From Candidatus Latescibacterota bacterium (GTDB taxonomy: Bacteria > Latescibacterota > UBA2968 > GCA-2709665): a stretch of 64,000 nucleotides of DNA. Position numbers and translations under genes: made by a program. Under the pieces are notes generated by a model. It made no database searches, was not told where the DNA came from, and saw nothing but the letters and a program-made list of their open reading frames with translations. The stretch is from the NCBI GenBank assembly GCA_965205485.1, contig OZ242180.1, forward strand, positions 928,001 to 992,000, in the 5' to 3' direction. Positions 41,284 to 50,256 of this stretch are shown here, piece after piece. Each line of letters begins with the position of its first letter. The stretch's first letter is position 1.

Positions 41284-43260
41284 GTGTCGCAAAGGATTCG
41301 CAGTGTCATGATGGTCGCACTTGCCGCAGGTCTTGCATGGAGTTGCGGCCGCGAACGCGTTTTGGAGTCTTCCGGGTCGGATGACCGGATTGGCCGCGCG
41401 CTGAGCAAGGTGGCGGCAGCGGGCGATGGTCGTGCATCTGGGGCGCTGGTGGAGGCGTCTGTGTCGCGAGATGGCGCGCCCGCGGCACATGTGATGGTCG
41501 AATTTGCGCGTTCCATTGCCGGGCGGAAGCCGGACTATCGGTGGTCGGGAACGACCGATGCCAAGGGGCGCGTTACAGTGGAGATATCCAGTCCGGCGAC
41601 GGGTTATTTTCAAGCGCGCGCGTCTCAGGATGGCGCCGTGACGGGCCACTGGTCCAGCATCCCGGTCAATGATGGTTACAGGACATTGGTCGCGTTGCCC
41701 GTTGGCGGAAAGGCGCGGGTGGCGCGATCATCCAGGATAGGTGTGATTGCCATCGGTCTTGTTCCGCATCTGAGCGGTGTGTTCAGTTCGCCCCGTCCGC
41801 CAATGAGAAACGCGTCTGAAATGGCTCTTGAAGAGATCAATAACGCGCACGGTGAGCCGAGATTCGAGTTCATCATTGAAGATAGCCGCAGCACGATAGA
41901 TGGTGCCGTTGAGGCTTTTAAGAAGCTGATTCATCGAGATGGCGTCCTCGCCATTCTCGGTCCTCGTACTTCAAGTCAGGCCGTGGCGGCCTTTCCCATC
42001 GCGCAAGAAAACCGTGTTGTGGCACTCGGTCCGACTTCTGCCGCACGAGGTATCAGTGAGATGGGGGACTTTCTCTTTCGCGCGAGTCTCACCGTAGATC
42101 GGTACGTGCCCGGCGGCATCGAGAAGACGCGGGAGGCGCTCGGCTACAAGCAGGTGGCGACGATATTCGATGACGCGGATGTTTTTTCCCGAAGCAGCGA
42201 CGAGGTCATTCGGAACGCGCTCACGGAAGGCGGCGTTGACATTGTGACGACAGAGACTTTCCAGACCGCCGATGCCGATGTTTCCGCGCAACTGACTCGG
42301 ATAAAAGCGTTGAATCCGGATGCCGTCTTTATTTCTTCTCAAGCTGTAGACATGGCTGATATTCTGATTCAGGGACGGCAAGTCGGTATTCCTGCCGAGG
42401 TTCCCTTTATCACGTCTTCGGTGCTGACGTTAGACGGCATAAAGCGTGCAGGCGTCGCTGCCGAGGGTGTTATTGCGTTTACGGCCTGGAGCAGCATGGC
42501 CGATACACCTGGTAATCGCGCCTTCGTCGAGAATTATACGTCAAGATACGGGGTTGAACCCAATGTGATTGCCGCACAATCCTACGCCAGTGTTTATATC
42601 TTGACGCAAGCAATTTCAGATGCCCGCTCTGCATCGGGATCTGAGACTCCGGAATCCGAAAATATTCGGGATGCGTTGCGCAATGTTCGGAATTTCGACA
42701 CGGTGCTGGGTCCGTTTTCTTTCGATAACGTTGGCGACGGGGTCTACAACCCGACGGTATTGACTGTCAAGAACGGCGCACTTGCTGTTTTCGATCCAAC
42801 GCCTGCCGCGGTTGCGACCGCGATAATCGGCGAGACGAATGACAGCGGTTTGACCGGAAAAGCGACTTTCGCACAGTTCGGCGATAATATCAAACTGGTC
42901 GTCTCGCTGGCGAATGCGTCCGCAGGCGAACACGCCGTCCATATCCATGCAAAGGGCGATTGCAGTGCGTCAGACGGGACATCGGCCGGCGGGCATTGGA
43001 ATCCCACGGGCGTAGCGCACGGCAAATGGGGAGAAGGTGAATTTCACCTCGGCGACATCGGCAATGCGAGCGTCGATGACCAGGGCACAGGAAGTATTGA
43101 ATTGACGACGAATCTCTGGGAGATCAATACGGGTTCAGCAATTGATATCGTTGGCAAGGCGATCGTCGTCCATGCGCGCGCTGATGATTTCGTCTCGCAA
43201 CCTTCGGGCAATGCCGGCGCGCGTATCGGTTGCGGTGTGATTGTGTTGGACCAGCAATAG
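41284..43260 (+). CDS. Lipoprotein fusion: N-terminal beta-sandwich-like domain + branched-chain amino-acid ABC substrate-binding domain + Cu/Zn superoxide dismutase domain
   Basis: AAGGAG then GTG, lipobox-like LAWSC. LivJ-type EMALEEIN, IEDSRS, ILGP, LFRAS, LNPDAVFI. SOD motifs HAVHIH, GGHWNP, HLGDIGN, IVVHA..DD, GNAGARIGCGVI. Confidence 0.85.
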   Translation: MSQRIRSVMMVALAAGLAWSCGRERVLESSGSDDRIGRALSKVAAAGDGRASGALVEASVSRDGAPAAHVMVEFARSIAGRKPDYRWSGTTDAKGRVTVEISSPATGYFQARASQDGAVTGHWSSIPVNDGYRTLVALPVGGKARVARSSRIGVIAIGLVPHLSGVFSSPRPPMRNASEMALEEINNAHGEPRFEFIIEDSRSTIDGAVEAFKKLIHRDGVLAILGPRTSSQAVAAFPIAQENRVVALGPTSAARGISEMGDFLFRASLTVDRYVPGGIEKTREALGYKQVATIFDDADVFSRSSDEVIRNALTEGGVDIVTTETFQTADADVSAQLTRIKALNPDAVFISSQAVDMADILIQGRQVGIPAEVPFITSSVLTLDGIKRAGVAAEGVIAFTAWSSMADTPGNRAFVENYTSRYGVEPNVIAAQSYASVYILTQAISDARSASGSETPESENIRDALRNVRNFDTVLGPFSFDNVGDGVYNPTVLTVKNGALAVFDPTPAAVATAIIGETNDSGLTGKATFAQFGDNIKLVVSLANASAGEHAVHIHAKGDCSASDGTSAGGHWNPTGVAHGKWGEGEFHLGDIGNASVDDQGTGSIELTTNLWEINTGSAIDIVGKAIVVHARADDFVSQPSGNAGARIGCGVIVLDQQ

Positions 43261-43467
43261 GAGGTCGAGTCTGACAACCTTGATTCGTCACTTCTTCCGG
43301 GACGCAAAGTCGAATACAGGCAAGCGGATAGAGGCGATTTGACGTCGGATTGCCAGGAAACTTCAGGTGACTTGACGTGAACGGAAGATACATCCTTCCG
43401 GACGACCTTTTCGGCCCGTTCTGGATGGATTCCCGGCGGCGCGGCGTTGCTTTTTCTGGAATTGCGT

Positions 43468-46400
43468 CTAACGGAAGAGTTCGAGCGCGCCGTCCTTTCG
43501 GCCCACCAGCAGGCCGCCTTCCGGCCATCCGGATGGCCATCCGTAACCGTCACTTCCGAATCCCCTGCGTCCGTCGTCCGGATCTCTCCCGAGCCGTCGA
43601 GGCTCACCACGCGCCCGCCTCTCAGTGCCGCCAGGCATCCTCCATCTCCCGCGGGCGCCAGACCGGCCACGGGCTCGACGAGAAGCCGTCGCCACAAGCG
43701 GCTGCCGGCGGCGTCGAAGCACTGCACGAAACCGTTGGACGCCCCGGCATACAGGCGCCCATCGTGGACCTCCGCGGCGAGCACGGCCGCGCCCATATCT
43801 GCGTCCCAGATCACCTCGCCGTCCCGCCCGTAGACGATCAACTGCCGGTGATTGGTATCCACCCCGCTGATCACCTCGTCCCGGCCGTCCCCGTCCACGT
43901 CCGCTACGCGCAGGCAGCGCGACCAGGAGGGAATCGACCAGTTGACAATATCCGGGCGCCGAAGGGGCTTCCCGAGCGTTCCGTCCTTCGCGAAGACCAG
44001 CGTGTGCGCGTGAATGGCCGGGTCCGCCAGGCCGGCGAGCGTCTGACGCTCCGGACCATCCTCCAACCGCACGGTATCCAGACACACCGGCGGTCCCCAC
44101 TGGCAGGGGGAACGCCATAGTTGGCTGCCGGCGGCGTCGAGCGCGTAGACATGACGGTCCGCGCATCCGACCAGTATCTCTTCACGTCCGTCGCCGTCGA
44201 TATCGCCCGCCGCGAGGCTCAATACCACGCAGTTCTTCCTGGACCAGCTATCCCAGTTCATGGGCTGCCATTCGATCCGATAGGACCAGACGGTTTCGCC
44301 CGTTGCATCCAGCCTGTACACGGTCTCTTCGTCCCCTCCCGCTGCGGCGCCCCCATCGGCCAGGGCAGCAAGCGCCCGTACGCCGCCTTCGATCTCCCGT
44401 TTCCAGAGAACGTCGCCGTCGGAGTTGAACGCGGTCACTCCGCCGTCGTCGCCCGCGAATCCTCTATCCTTCCCGATATCCAGCGCCCTCACGGCATCCG
44501 CGCACCGCGTTCGCCAGACGGGTTTCGCCTCGCCGCCGGCGATCTGAAATGGCGAGGAATCGGTCGCTTCCACAGCCCGACCGGCCGTGGGCAGCGTTGC
44601 GCCGGATGCAGAGACCTCCGGGGTTTCAGCGGTTTCCATGAGTGCAACCGTGACGGGCTCGCGGCCCCCCTCGATTCGAAAACCAGTCTTCTGTTCGACC
44701 AGCCTGAAATCCCTGCCATCGCCGACCGCGTCGGTCCAGAAAAGCGTCGCCATCCGGGTCCCCGTTCCCGGCCGGAGCGCCGCCAGGGAACGTTGGACCC
44801 ACCGCGAGTGGTCTTCCGCGCACCAATAGTCCGAAGGGACAAGCTCCTGGCATCCGCTCCCCGCGTGCCGCATGTTCAACTGCGCGTCACCCTGAACCGA
44901 CTGCAACAGGCCGTCTGAAAGGGACGCTTCACCCAGGAGGTGCCACCGGCACTCCACGAGAAACTCTCCCGCGACCACGGGCCAGACCTCGTCGATCACC
45001 AGAAACCATCCTTCACGGCTGTACACGATATGCCGGTACCAGTCGCCCTGCTCAGGATAGGTCATCGACGTGCCCGCCACGGCAAGGTTCTCCCCTTCAT
45101 GCAGGTACCGCAGCGCCACGTACCTGGACTCGCACCCCGGGCCGGCGCCGTCTACGGACACGCTCACGCCCGTGTAGTCCCGGACCGTCGCCGGCTGGTG
45201 GCCTCCGGCAAACCTGAACCAGGAGGCGCCGCGGCTGGTGTAACGCACGATGCAGTTGCCGTCCTGATAGGAGTGCGAGCCCCCCGAGATCCCGTCCAGC
45301 AGAAGATAGTCGTCCTGGTCCGTCCATCCGGAACGGAAGAACACCTTGTCGAACGTCTGTTCGTAGGGCAGATTCCTCAGATAGACGCCGTTTACCGGCG
45401 CAAACGTCGTGTATTCTTCGAGAGAGTCGTAGAACAACCGCGACAGGGGGGCCACACCGACCCGGCCCAACCGTTCCGGCACCGCCGCCGGCCGCCCCGT
45501 CACCCAGGTCCGCAGGGGCTCTTCGGCGCCTCGAATGGTCCGTTCCGCCGCCGCGCCTTCGTCAATGGATTCACAAAGCTGCAGGTATTCGTCATTGCCC
45601 GTTACCGCCGCGGCCATACGGCAGTATTGTTCGGGGCCTCGTTCCAGGTTGCTGTGCGCCATGAGCGCACGGTCCACGCCCTCCAGGTAGGGCGGGCTCG
45701 AAAAGTAGTCCATCTTCCCTGCCGCCAGCGCGTAGTCCGCCGTGTTGAACAGCGAGGCCCCCCATTGATGGCCCCACGAGTCGCACACCGGCTTGTTCGA
45801 TCCCATCTGCGGCGCAAAGAAGACCTCCGCCAGCTTCATCCACGCCAACCCCTCCGCGAGCCCGTGTACCTGGTGGAAATACCGGCCTCCGTAAAACAGA
45901 TCGAGCGCGGAACGGGTCTGATGGTTCTGGCGCACCCGGTCCACGCCCACGCAACTGAGCAGCCCCGAATTGCCGGCACCCTCCGCGGACCTGAAGAGTC
46001 CCAGCAGCGCTTCGAGCGTCTCCTCCCGCTGTTCGGCGGGAAGCGAGGGATGGTTTTCAAGAATCGTGAACGGCAGCAGAAGCACGCGGATGAACCCGTG
46101 GATCAACGTGGGGTCCTCCAGCGTCCGCTCGAACCAGCGCGTACGGGCGAAGTGGCGGATCTGATGGCAGAACATCGACATCAACCTGTCGTTTCCCGTC
46201 TGCACCGCGAGCATCCCGATATCGGCGATAACCATCATATAGGTCCAGTCACCCGATCCTCCGCCGATGGATTCCTGCTCGATGTCCCGGTTGCTCTTGG
46301 CCAGCAACTCTTGCGCCGGCTCCACGTACAGATCGGACCATGTGCCCGGATGTACCTGGTATTGGAACGGCAGTACGGGACCGTTTTCAGTCTATCGCAC

Positions 46401-46781
46401 CGGCCAGCGCCCCGGCCGCATCGCCAATGTCCTCCGCGCTGCTCACGCCCGCCACCACAACGTGCCCCACTTCTGCCAACGAATGGGGCATTGTGCGCAC
46501 CACCCGCCCGCCGGGACCCGGCCAGACGCGGTCGGTCAGGTCGTAAGCCCGGAAGTAGAGGGTTCGCAGGAACGCGCTGTCCATCATGTTCCCCAGCGCG
46601 ATCACGTGCCGGCCGTCTGCATCCAGCTTATCGTCCGGCAGCACGTCCACGCGCCCGAAAGGGTCTCCTCGAGGACCGCCTTCAGACTGCCGGCCGCATC
46701 CTGGTAGGAATCCCCCGCCGGCGCCGAAATACAGACGCCTTGCCCAAGATCCGTTTCATGAATCGCAGGTGAGAATGCCAT
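43468..46781 (-). pseudogene. Large heparinase II/III-like plus beta-propeller protein (paralog E), three frameshifts near 46653, 46390 and 43540
   Basis: GGAGG and ATG 46781 give MAFSPAIHETDLGQGVCISAP, matching paralogs C and D. Pieces 46387-46650, 46325 onward and the terminal GGLLVGRKDGALELFR* at 43468 lie in different frames. Confidence 0.72.
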
Positions 46782-46891
46782 GGTTCATTCCTCCGTTTGA
46801 TTCGAAAACCGAATATTAATAAGAGACGGCCCTTCGCGTACCTCGACCGCCCCCATTCCGCCCTCCATCACGACAAGATCAACCACTATCC

Positions 46892-46948
46892 GGAGCGAGG
46901 GCATCCCTGCCCTCGAACTTCGCGTGACCAATCAATCCCTGAATCAGG
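46892..46948 (+). repeat. REP-like palindrome, copy 3, with tail
   Basis: GGAGCGAGGGCATCCCTGCCCTCGAACTTCG followed by CCAATCAATCCCTGAATCAGG. Confidence 0.75.
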
Positions 46949-47020
46949 TTCCTACGGCTTCCATTGTATCCGACGCCGGTTGTAGAAGGCGGCGCATTGC
47001 CGGACGCGAGAGCCCAGCGC

Positions 47021-47121
47021 CCGAAGGCAATATGCCCTCTATCAGTAGATAATCCACCATTTTCCGGAGCGAGGGCATCCTGCCCTCGAACTTCGAGTCA
47101 CCCACCAAGTTCCGCATCAGG
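47021..47121 (+). repeat. REP-like palindrome, copy 4, with degenerate partner and tail
   Basis: CCGAAGGCAATATGCCCTCT...GGAGCGAGGGCATCCTGCCCTCGAACTTCG...CCACCAAGTTCCGCATCAGG. Confidence 0.75.
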
Positions 47122-47221
47122 GGCCTGTAGTTTTCCACGGATCCGAGACTTGATTGGAAATGTAGGCACGTAACGCAATATGACCAATGGCGAAATCCAT
47201 ATGCGTCCACGCTCCAAAACG

Positions 47222-47247
47222 AAAAAAGGGGCACCCCGCAGCGCCCC
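47222..47247 (-). terminator. Intrinsic terminator
   Basis: Minus strand GGGGCGC..GTGCCCC hairpin followed by 6 T, downstream of 47379-47609. Confidence 0.55.
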
Positions 47248-47378
47248 CCACCCCACGGGCCTCCCGCCCGCATCGTCCCTGTTTCTTTCTAAACCGCGAA
47301 CCCCGCAGCGAATAGTCGCGTTGGGCGACCACATCGACCAGCGCCTCTATCACAGGCCGCCTGGCGAACTTCGGGCAT

Positions 47379-47609
47379 TCAACCCGTGCCGCTCGCAGGA
47401 AGTGGATTTTCCGGCGGCTTCCACTTTGCGGCGTCGAGAATCGACCAAAGATGAATCAGCCACCCCAACAGGAAAAACCACAGTACAGCGGCCAGGCAAA
47501 ACTGGATGAGGGCGATCAGGAATCGTCCCTGAAGCAACTGACCCAGGCCAGGTATAAGTAAGCTACACAAAGCCGCAAGGACGTTGCCGGCCGAACCTTG
47601 TCCGGGCAT
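47379..47609 (-). CDS. Small membrane protein
   Basis: GGAGG then ATG 47609; MPGQGSAGNVLAALCSLLIPGLGQLLQGR..HLWSILDAA, a PGLGQ-motif small membrane protein pattern. Confidence 0.75.
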   Translation of the reverse strand: MPGQGSAGNVLAALCSLLIPGLGQLLQGRFLIALIQFCLAAVLWFFLLGWLIHLWSILDAAKWKPPENPLPASGTG

Positions 47610-47773
47610 GACGTTTCCTCCTTTTTGTGACGCATCGCGACGGTACTGCCCGACAGCGATCATCCGGGCGCGTTGTAGTAACACGATCGCCATGAATCCA
47701 GCTTCATTCTCCCCTAAGACTCCTAGAAGCCGTGACTCTCAAACTTAAGTGTCTGGCTACCCCCGCCTACCCA

Positions 47774-47797
47774 TCGAGGGCAGGATGCCCTCGCTCC
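47774..47797 (-). repeat. REP-like palindrome, copy 5
   Basis: TCGAGGGCAGGATGCCCTCGCTCC is the exact reverse complement of copy 1. Confidence 0.8.
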
Positions 47798-47810
47798 CGG
47801 GAACGGCGGA

Positions 47811-48590
47811 TTACGCCCAGGCCTCGCATCCGGCGAATTGCATGTGTTTTCCTTCGACGTATTTCGGCCGCGGCACATAGTGGTTTCCGACCTCGGGAAC
47901 CACCTCCCCGCAGCACAGGATGGACCGCTGTGTTTTCCGTGTCACGCGAGTGCTGGTGGGAATGTAGCGAAGGGTGAGTCCCACGCGCCAGTGGTCCGAT
48001 GTATTGTAGTTGGAGCCGTGGATGATATTGGGGTGGTGGATGGAAATATCCCCCGCCTGGAGTTCCACGTCCACGGCGTCGGCTTCATCGATCTGATCGG
48101 GGCGCATTCCGATGCCGAGTACGTACTTATCGGGATCCAGCTCGACCATCTCCGAGCGTTTGAGTAGACGCCGGGTGTGTGACCCCGGCAAGACCCGCAT
48201 GCACCCGTTTTCCACGGTGGAGTCCGTGCCGGCGACCCACAGCGTCGTCACCTCCATTGGCTCCAGCGGCCAGTAGGATCCGTCCTGGTGCCAGCGCACG
48301 GCCTGTCCGGTCTCGGGCTTCTTGGCGATATAGTGCGCGCCGAACATCGCCAGGTTGGGTCCGATGAACTGTGCCGCGATATCCAGCAGCCGGTCGTCAC
48401 AGACCACGCGGTGCATGAACGGATCGTCGACAAGCAGGCTATGGTGCAATTTCTCGGGCCGCGTGTCGGGATGCCTTTCGACCAGCCACTGCACGTGCTC
48501 GACCGTTTCCGCCGCCAAACCAGCGTCGATGGCCCCGCGAGCGATGCAGAAGCCCGTCTCGTCATATTCCTTCCGCAAAGTCGATTCCAT
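47811..48590 (-). CDS. Phytanoyl-CoA dioxygenase (PhyH) family protein
   Basis: WHQDGSYWP (HxD), NGCMRVLPGSH, HHPNIIHGS..N.S..WR. Confidence 0.9.
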   Translation of the reverse strand: MESTLRKEYDETGFCIARGAIDAGLAAETVEHVQWLVERHPDTRPEKLHHSLLVDDPFMHRVVCDDRLLDIAAQFIGPNLAMFGAHYIAKKPETGQAVRWHQDGSYWPLEPMEVTTLWVAGTDSTVENGCMRVLPGSHTRRLLKRSEMVELDPDKYVLGIGMRPDQIDEADAVDVELQAGDISIHHPNIIHGSNYNTSDHWRVGLTLRYIPTSTRVTRKTQRSILCCGEVVPEVGNHYVPRPKYVEGKHMQFAGCEAWA

Positions 48591-48869
48591 TCACACTCTC
48601 CTGTTATCGTGCATTATTCCCGAAATTGTGATTTCGGGATGCGCTCAGGCGGCTCGTTGCGGCGGTTGTGCCGCCGTGTTCTGATGCCCATACAGATCGA
48701 AAACTTGCGCGACCTATCTTCTACTCTGAGCCATGATCCAACCATGATTAAAATTCCTTATGATGTCAATCGGTATCCTGACACATACCCACGATTCTGA
48801 CAGATCCGCGGGTTATGTTGTTCGAATATCTCTCCTCACCAGAAAATAGCAGTCTTCCACGCCGCCACA

Positions 48870-48897
48870 GAACTTTTCAGCCGATTTCGTCGTCTCA
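48870..48897 (+). promoter_or_regulatory. Candidate autoregulatory ECF (sigmaE-like) promoter
   Basis: GAACTT-N16-GTCTCA about 50 nt upstream of the ECF sigma start. Confidence 0.6.
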
Positions 48898-48944
48898 CAA
48901 GCAGAAGCCTGCAGTAAATCCCGACTGTTCGCACCGGAGGATGA

Positions 48945-49535
48945 ATGACGGACGCCGAGTTGATCAGGCGCTTCCGCGACGGCGAGTCGCATGCCTTCAA
49001 TGGTCTGGCAAGGCGCTGGCACCGCAGGTTGTACAACTTCATCCTGCGCCAGGTCGGAGACCGCGAGGAAGCGCACGATCTGTGCCAGAAGGTGCTGATC
49101 AAGGCCCACCGAAATCTCCGCCGGCTTCGGGACTCCGGAAAGTTTTCCACGTGGATCTATCAGATCGCAGTCAACACCTGCCGGGACGAGTTGCGGAGAA
49201 GAAGGCGTCATCCCACAATCTCGCTGGAAAGCCTGGAACACGGCGACGACTCGCGGCCGGAGGACAGATTGAAGATTTCAGCACAGACAGATGCCGCGAT
49301 TCAAGTGTGCGAGCTTCGCGATTTACTAAACAGGGCGCTGCAGTGCATTCCGCACGAACAACGGATTGTCGTCGTGATGAAGGAATACGAGCAACTGAAA
49401 TTCACGGAAATCGCCGCCATCCTGAACCTGTCCGTCAATACGGTAAAATCCCGGCTCTACTACGGGCTGAACAACCTTCGAAAACTGCTGGATCAATGGA
49501 ACGTAAACCGGGAGACCATCGATTATGAAATGTGA
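48945..49535 (+). CDS. ECF RNA polymerase sigma-70 factor
   Basis: EAHDLCQKV, FSTWIYQIAVNTCRD, FTEIAAILNLSVNTVKSRL. Confidence 0.93.
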   Translation: MTDAELIRRFRDGESHAFNGLARRWHRRLYNFILRQVGDREEAHDLCQKVLIKAHRNLRRLRDSGKFSTWIYQIAVNTCRDELRRRRRHPTISLESLEHGDDSRPEDRLKISAQTDAAIQVCELRDLLNRALQCIPHEQRIVVVMKEYEQLKFTEIAAILNLSVNTVKSRLYYGLNNLRKLLDQWNVNRETIDYEM

Positions 49536-50235
49536 TCTGCCAAAAGAGGAGCTAGTCGGCTATCTCTACGACGACGTCGATGTGGACAAGAAGGCCGGCA
49601 TCGAATCCCACCTGAACACCTGTCCTTCCTGCACACAGGCGCTGGAGGAACTCAAGAGGACCGGCAACCTGCTGCGCGCATGGGCGGACGAAAACCCCCC
49701 TGCGAGCCTGGTCTTCGTGCCTGACAGACGCACCTGGTGGAATGGCATCATACCTGACTGCCTGTCCACGGGCAACCGGCGCTGGCTGGCGCCGGGGCTT
49801 TCAATGGGACTGGCCGCCGTCATCTTGATCTTGGCGGCGTTCAACCTTGAGGCACGATTCGACGGTCAGGGGGGAGTTCTCGTGAAGCTTCGGCTCCCCA
49901 TGGGCGTGGGGCCAGAACGGACTGACGCGGCCAACGATGTCCCGCTTTCACGGTCGGAGTTTGTGCAGGTGCAGCAACAGTCGCTCGCCGTGATCCAGGA
50001 CTGGATCGATGAAGGACACCAACGGCAGCGCGTAGAACTCGGACTCATCCTGGACGATTTCGCCCGGGACCTGGAAGCCCAGCGCCGCCGGGACCTGCTG
50101 CTGGTAGGCCAGGGTCTACGAGAAATCGACGGGGCAACGGAAAGCCGATTCATGCAGACCGAAGACCTTCTGCACCACCTGCTGGCAGTATCATACGCAC
50201 AGGCGAATCCGATCAGACCTCCCACCGTTGAATGA
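49525..50235 (+). CDS. Zinc-binding (ZAS, zf-HC2) transmembrane anti-sigma factor
   Basis: HLNTCPSC (HxxxCxxC) and one TM helix; overlaps the sigma gene. Confidence 0.85.
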   Translation: MKCDLPKEELVGYLYDDVDVDKKAGIESHLNTCPSCTQALEELKRTGNLLRAWADENPPASLVFVPDRRTWWNGIIPDCLSTGNRRWLAPGLSMGLAAVILILAAFNLEARFDGQGGVLVKLRLPMGVGPERTDAANDVPLSRSEFVQVQQQSLAVIQDWIDEGHQRQRVELGLILDDFARDLEAQRRRDLLLVGQGLREIDGATESRFMQTEDLLHHLLAVSYAQANPIRPPTVE

Positions 50236-50256
50236 CATACAAAAGGAGCATGAATT

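Noticed and set aside
43044..43467. C-terminal tail of ORF 43044-46325 overlapping the SOD fusion gene
   Set aside because: Artefact of a frameshift near 43540; the homologous C-terminus ends at 43468 in another frame.
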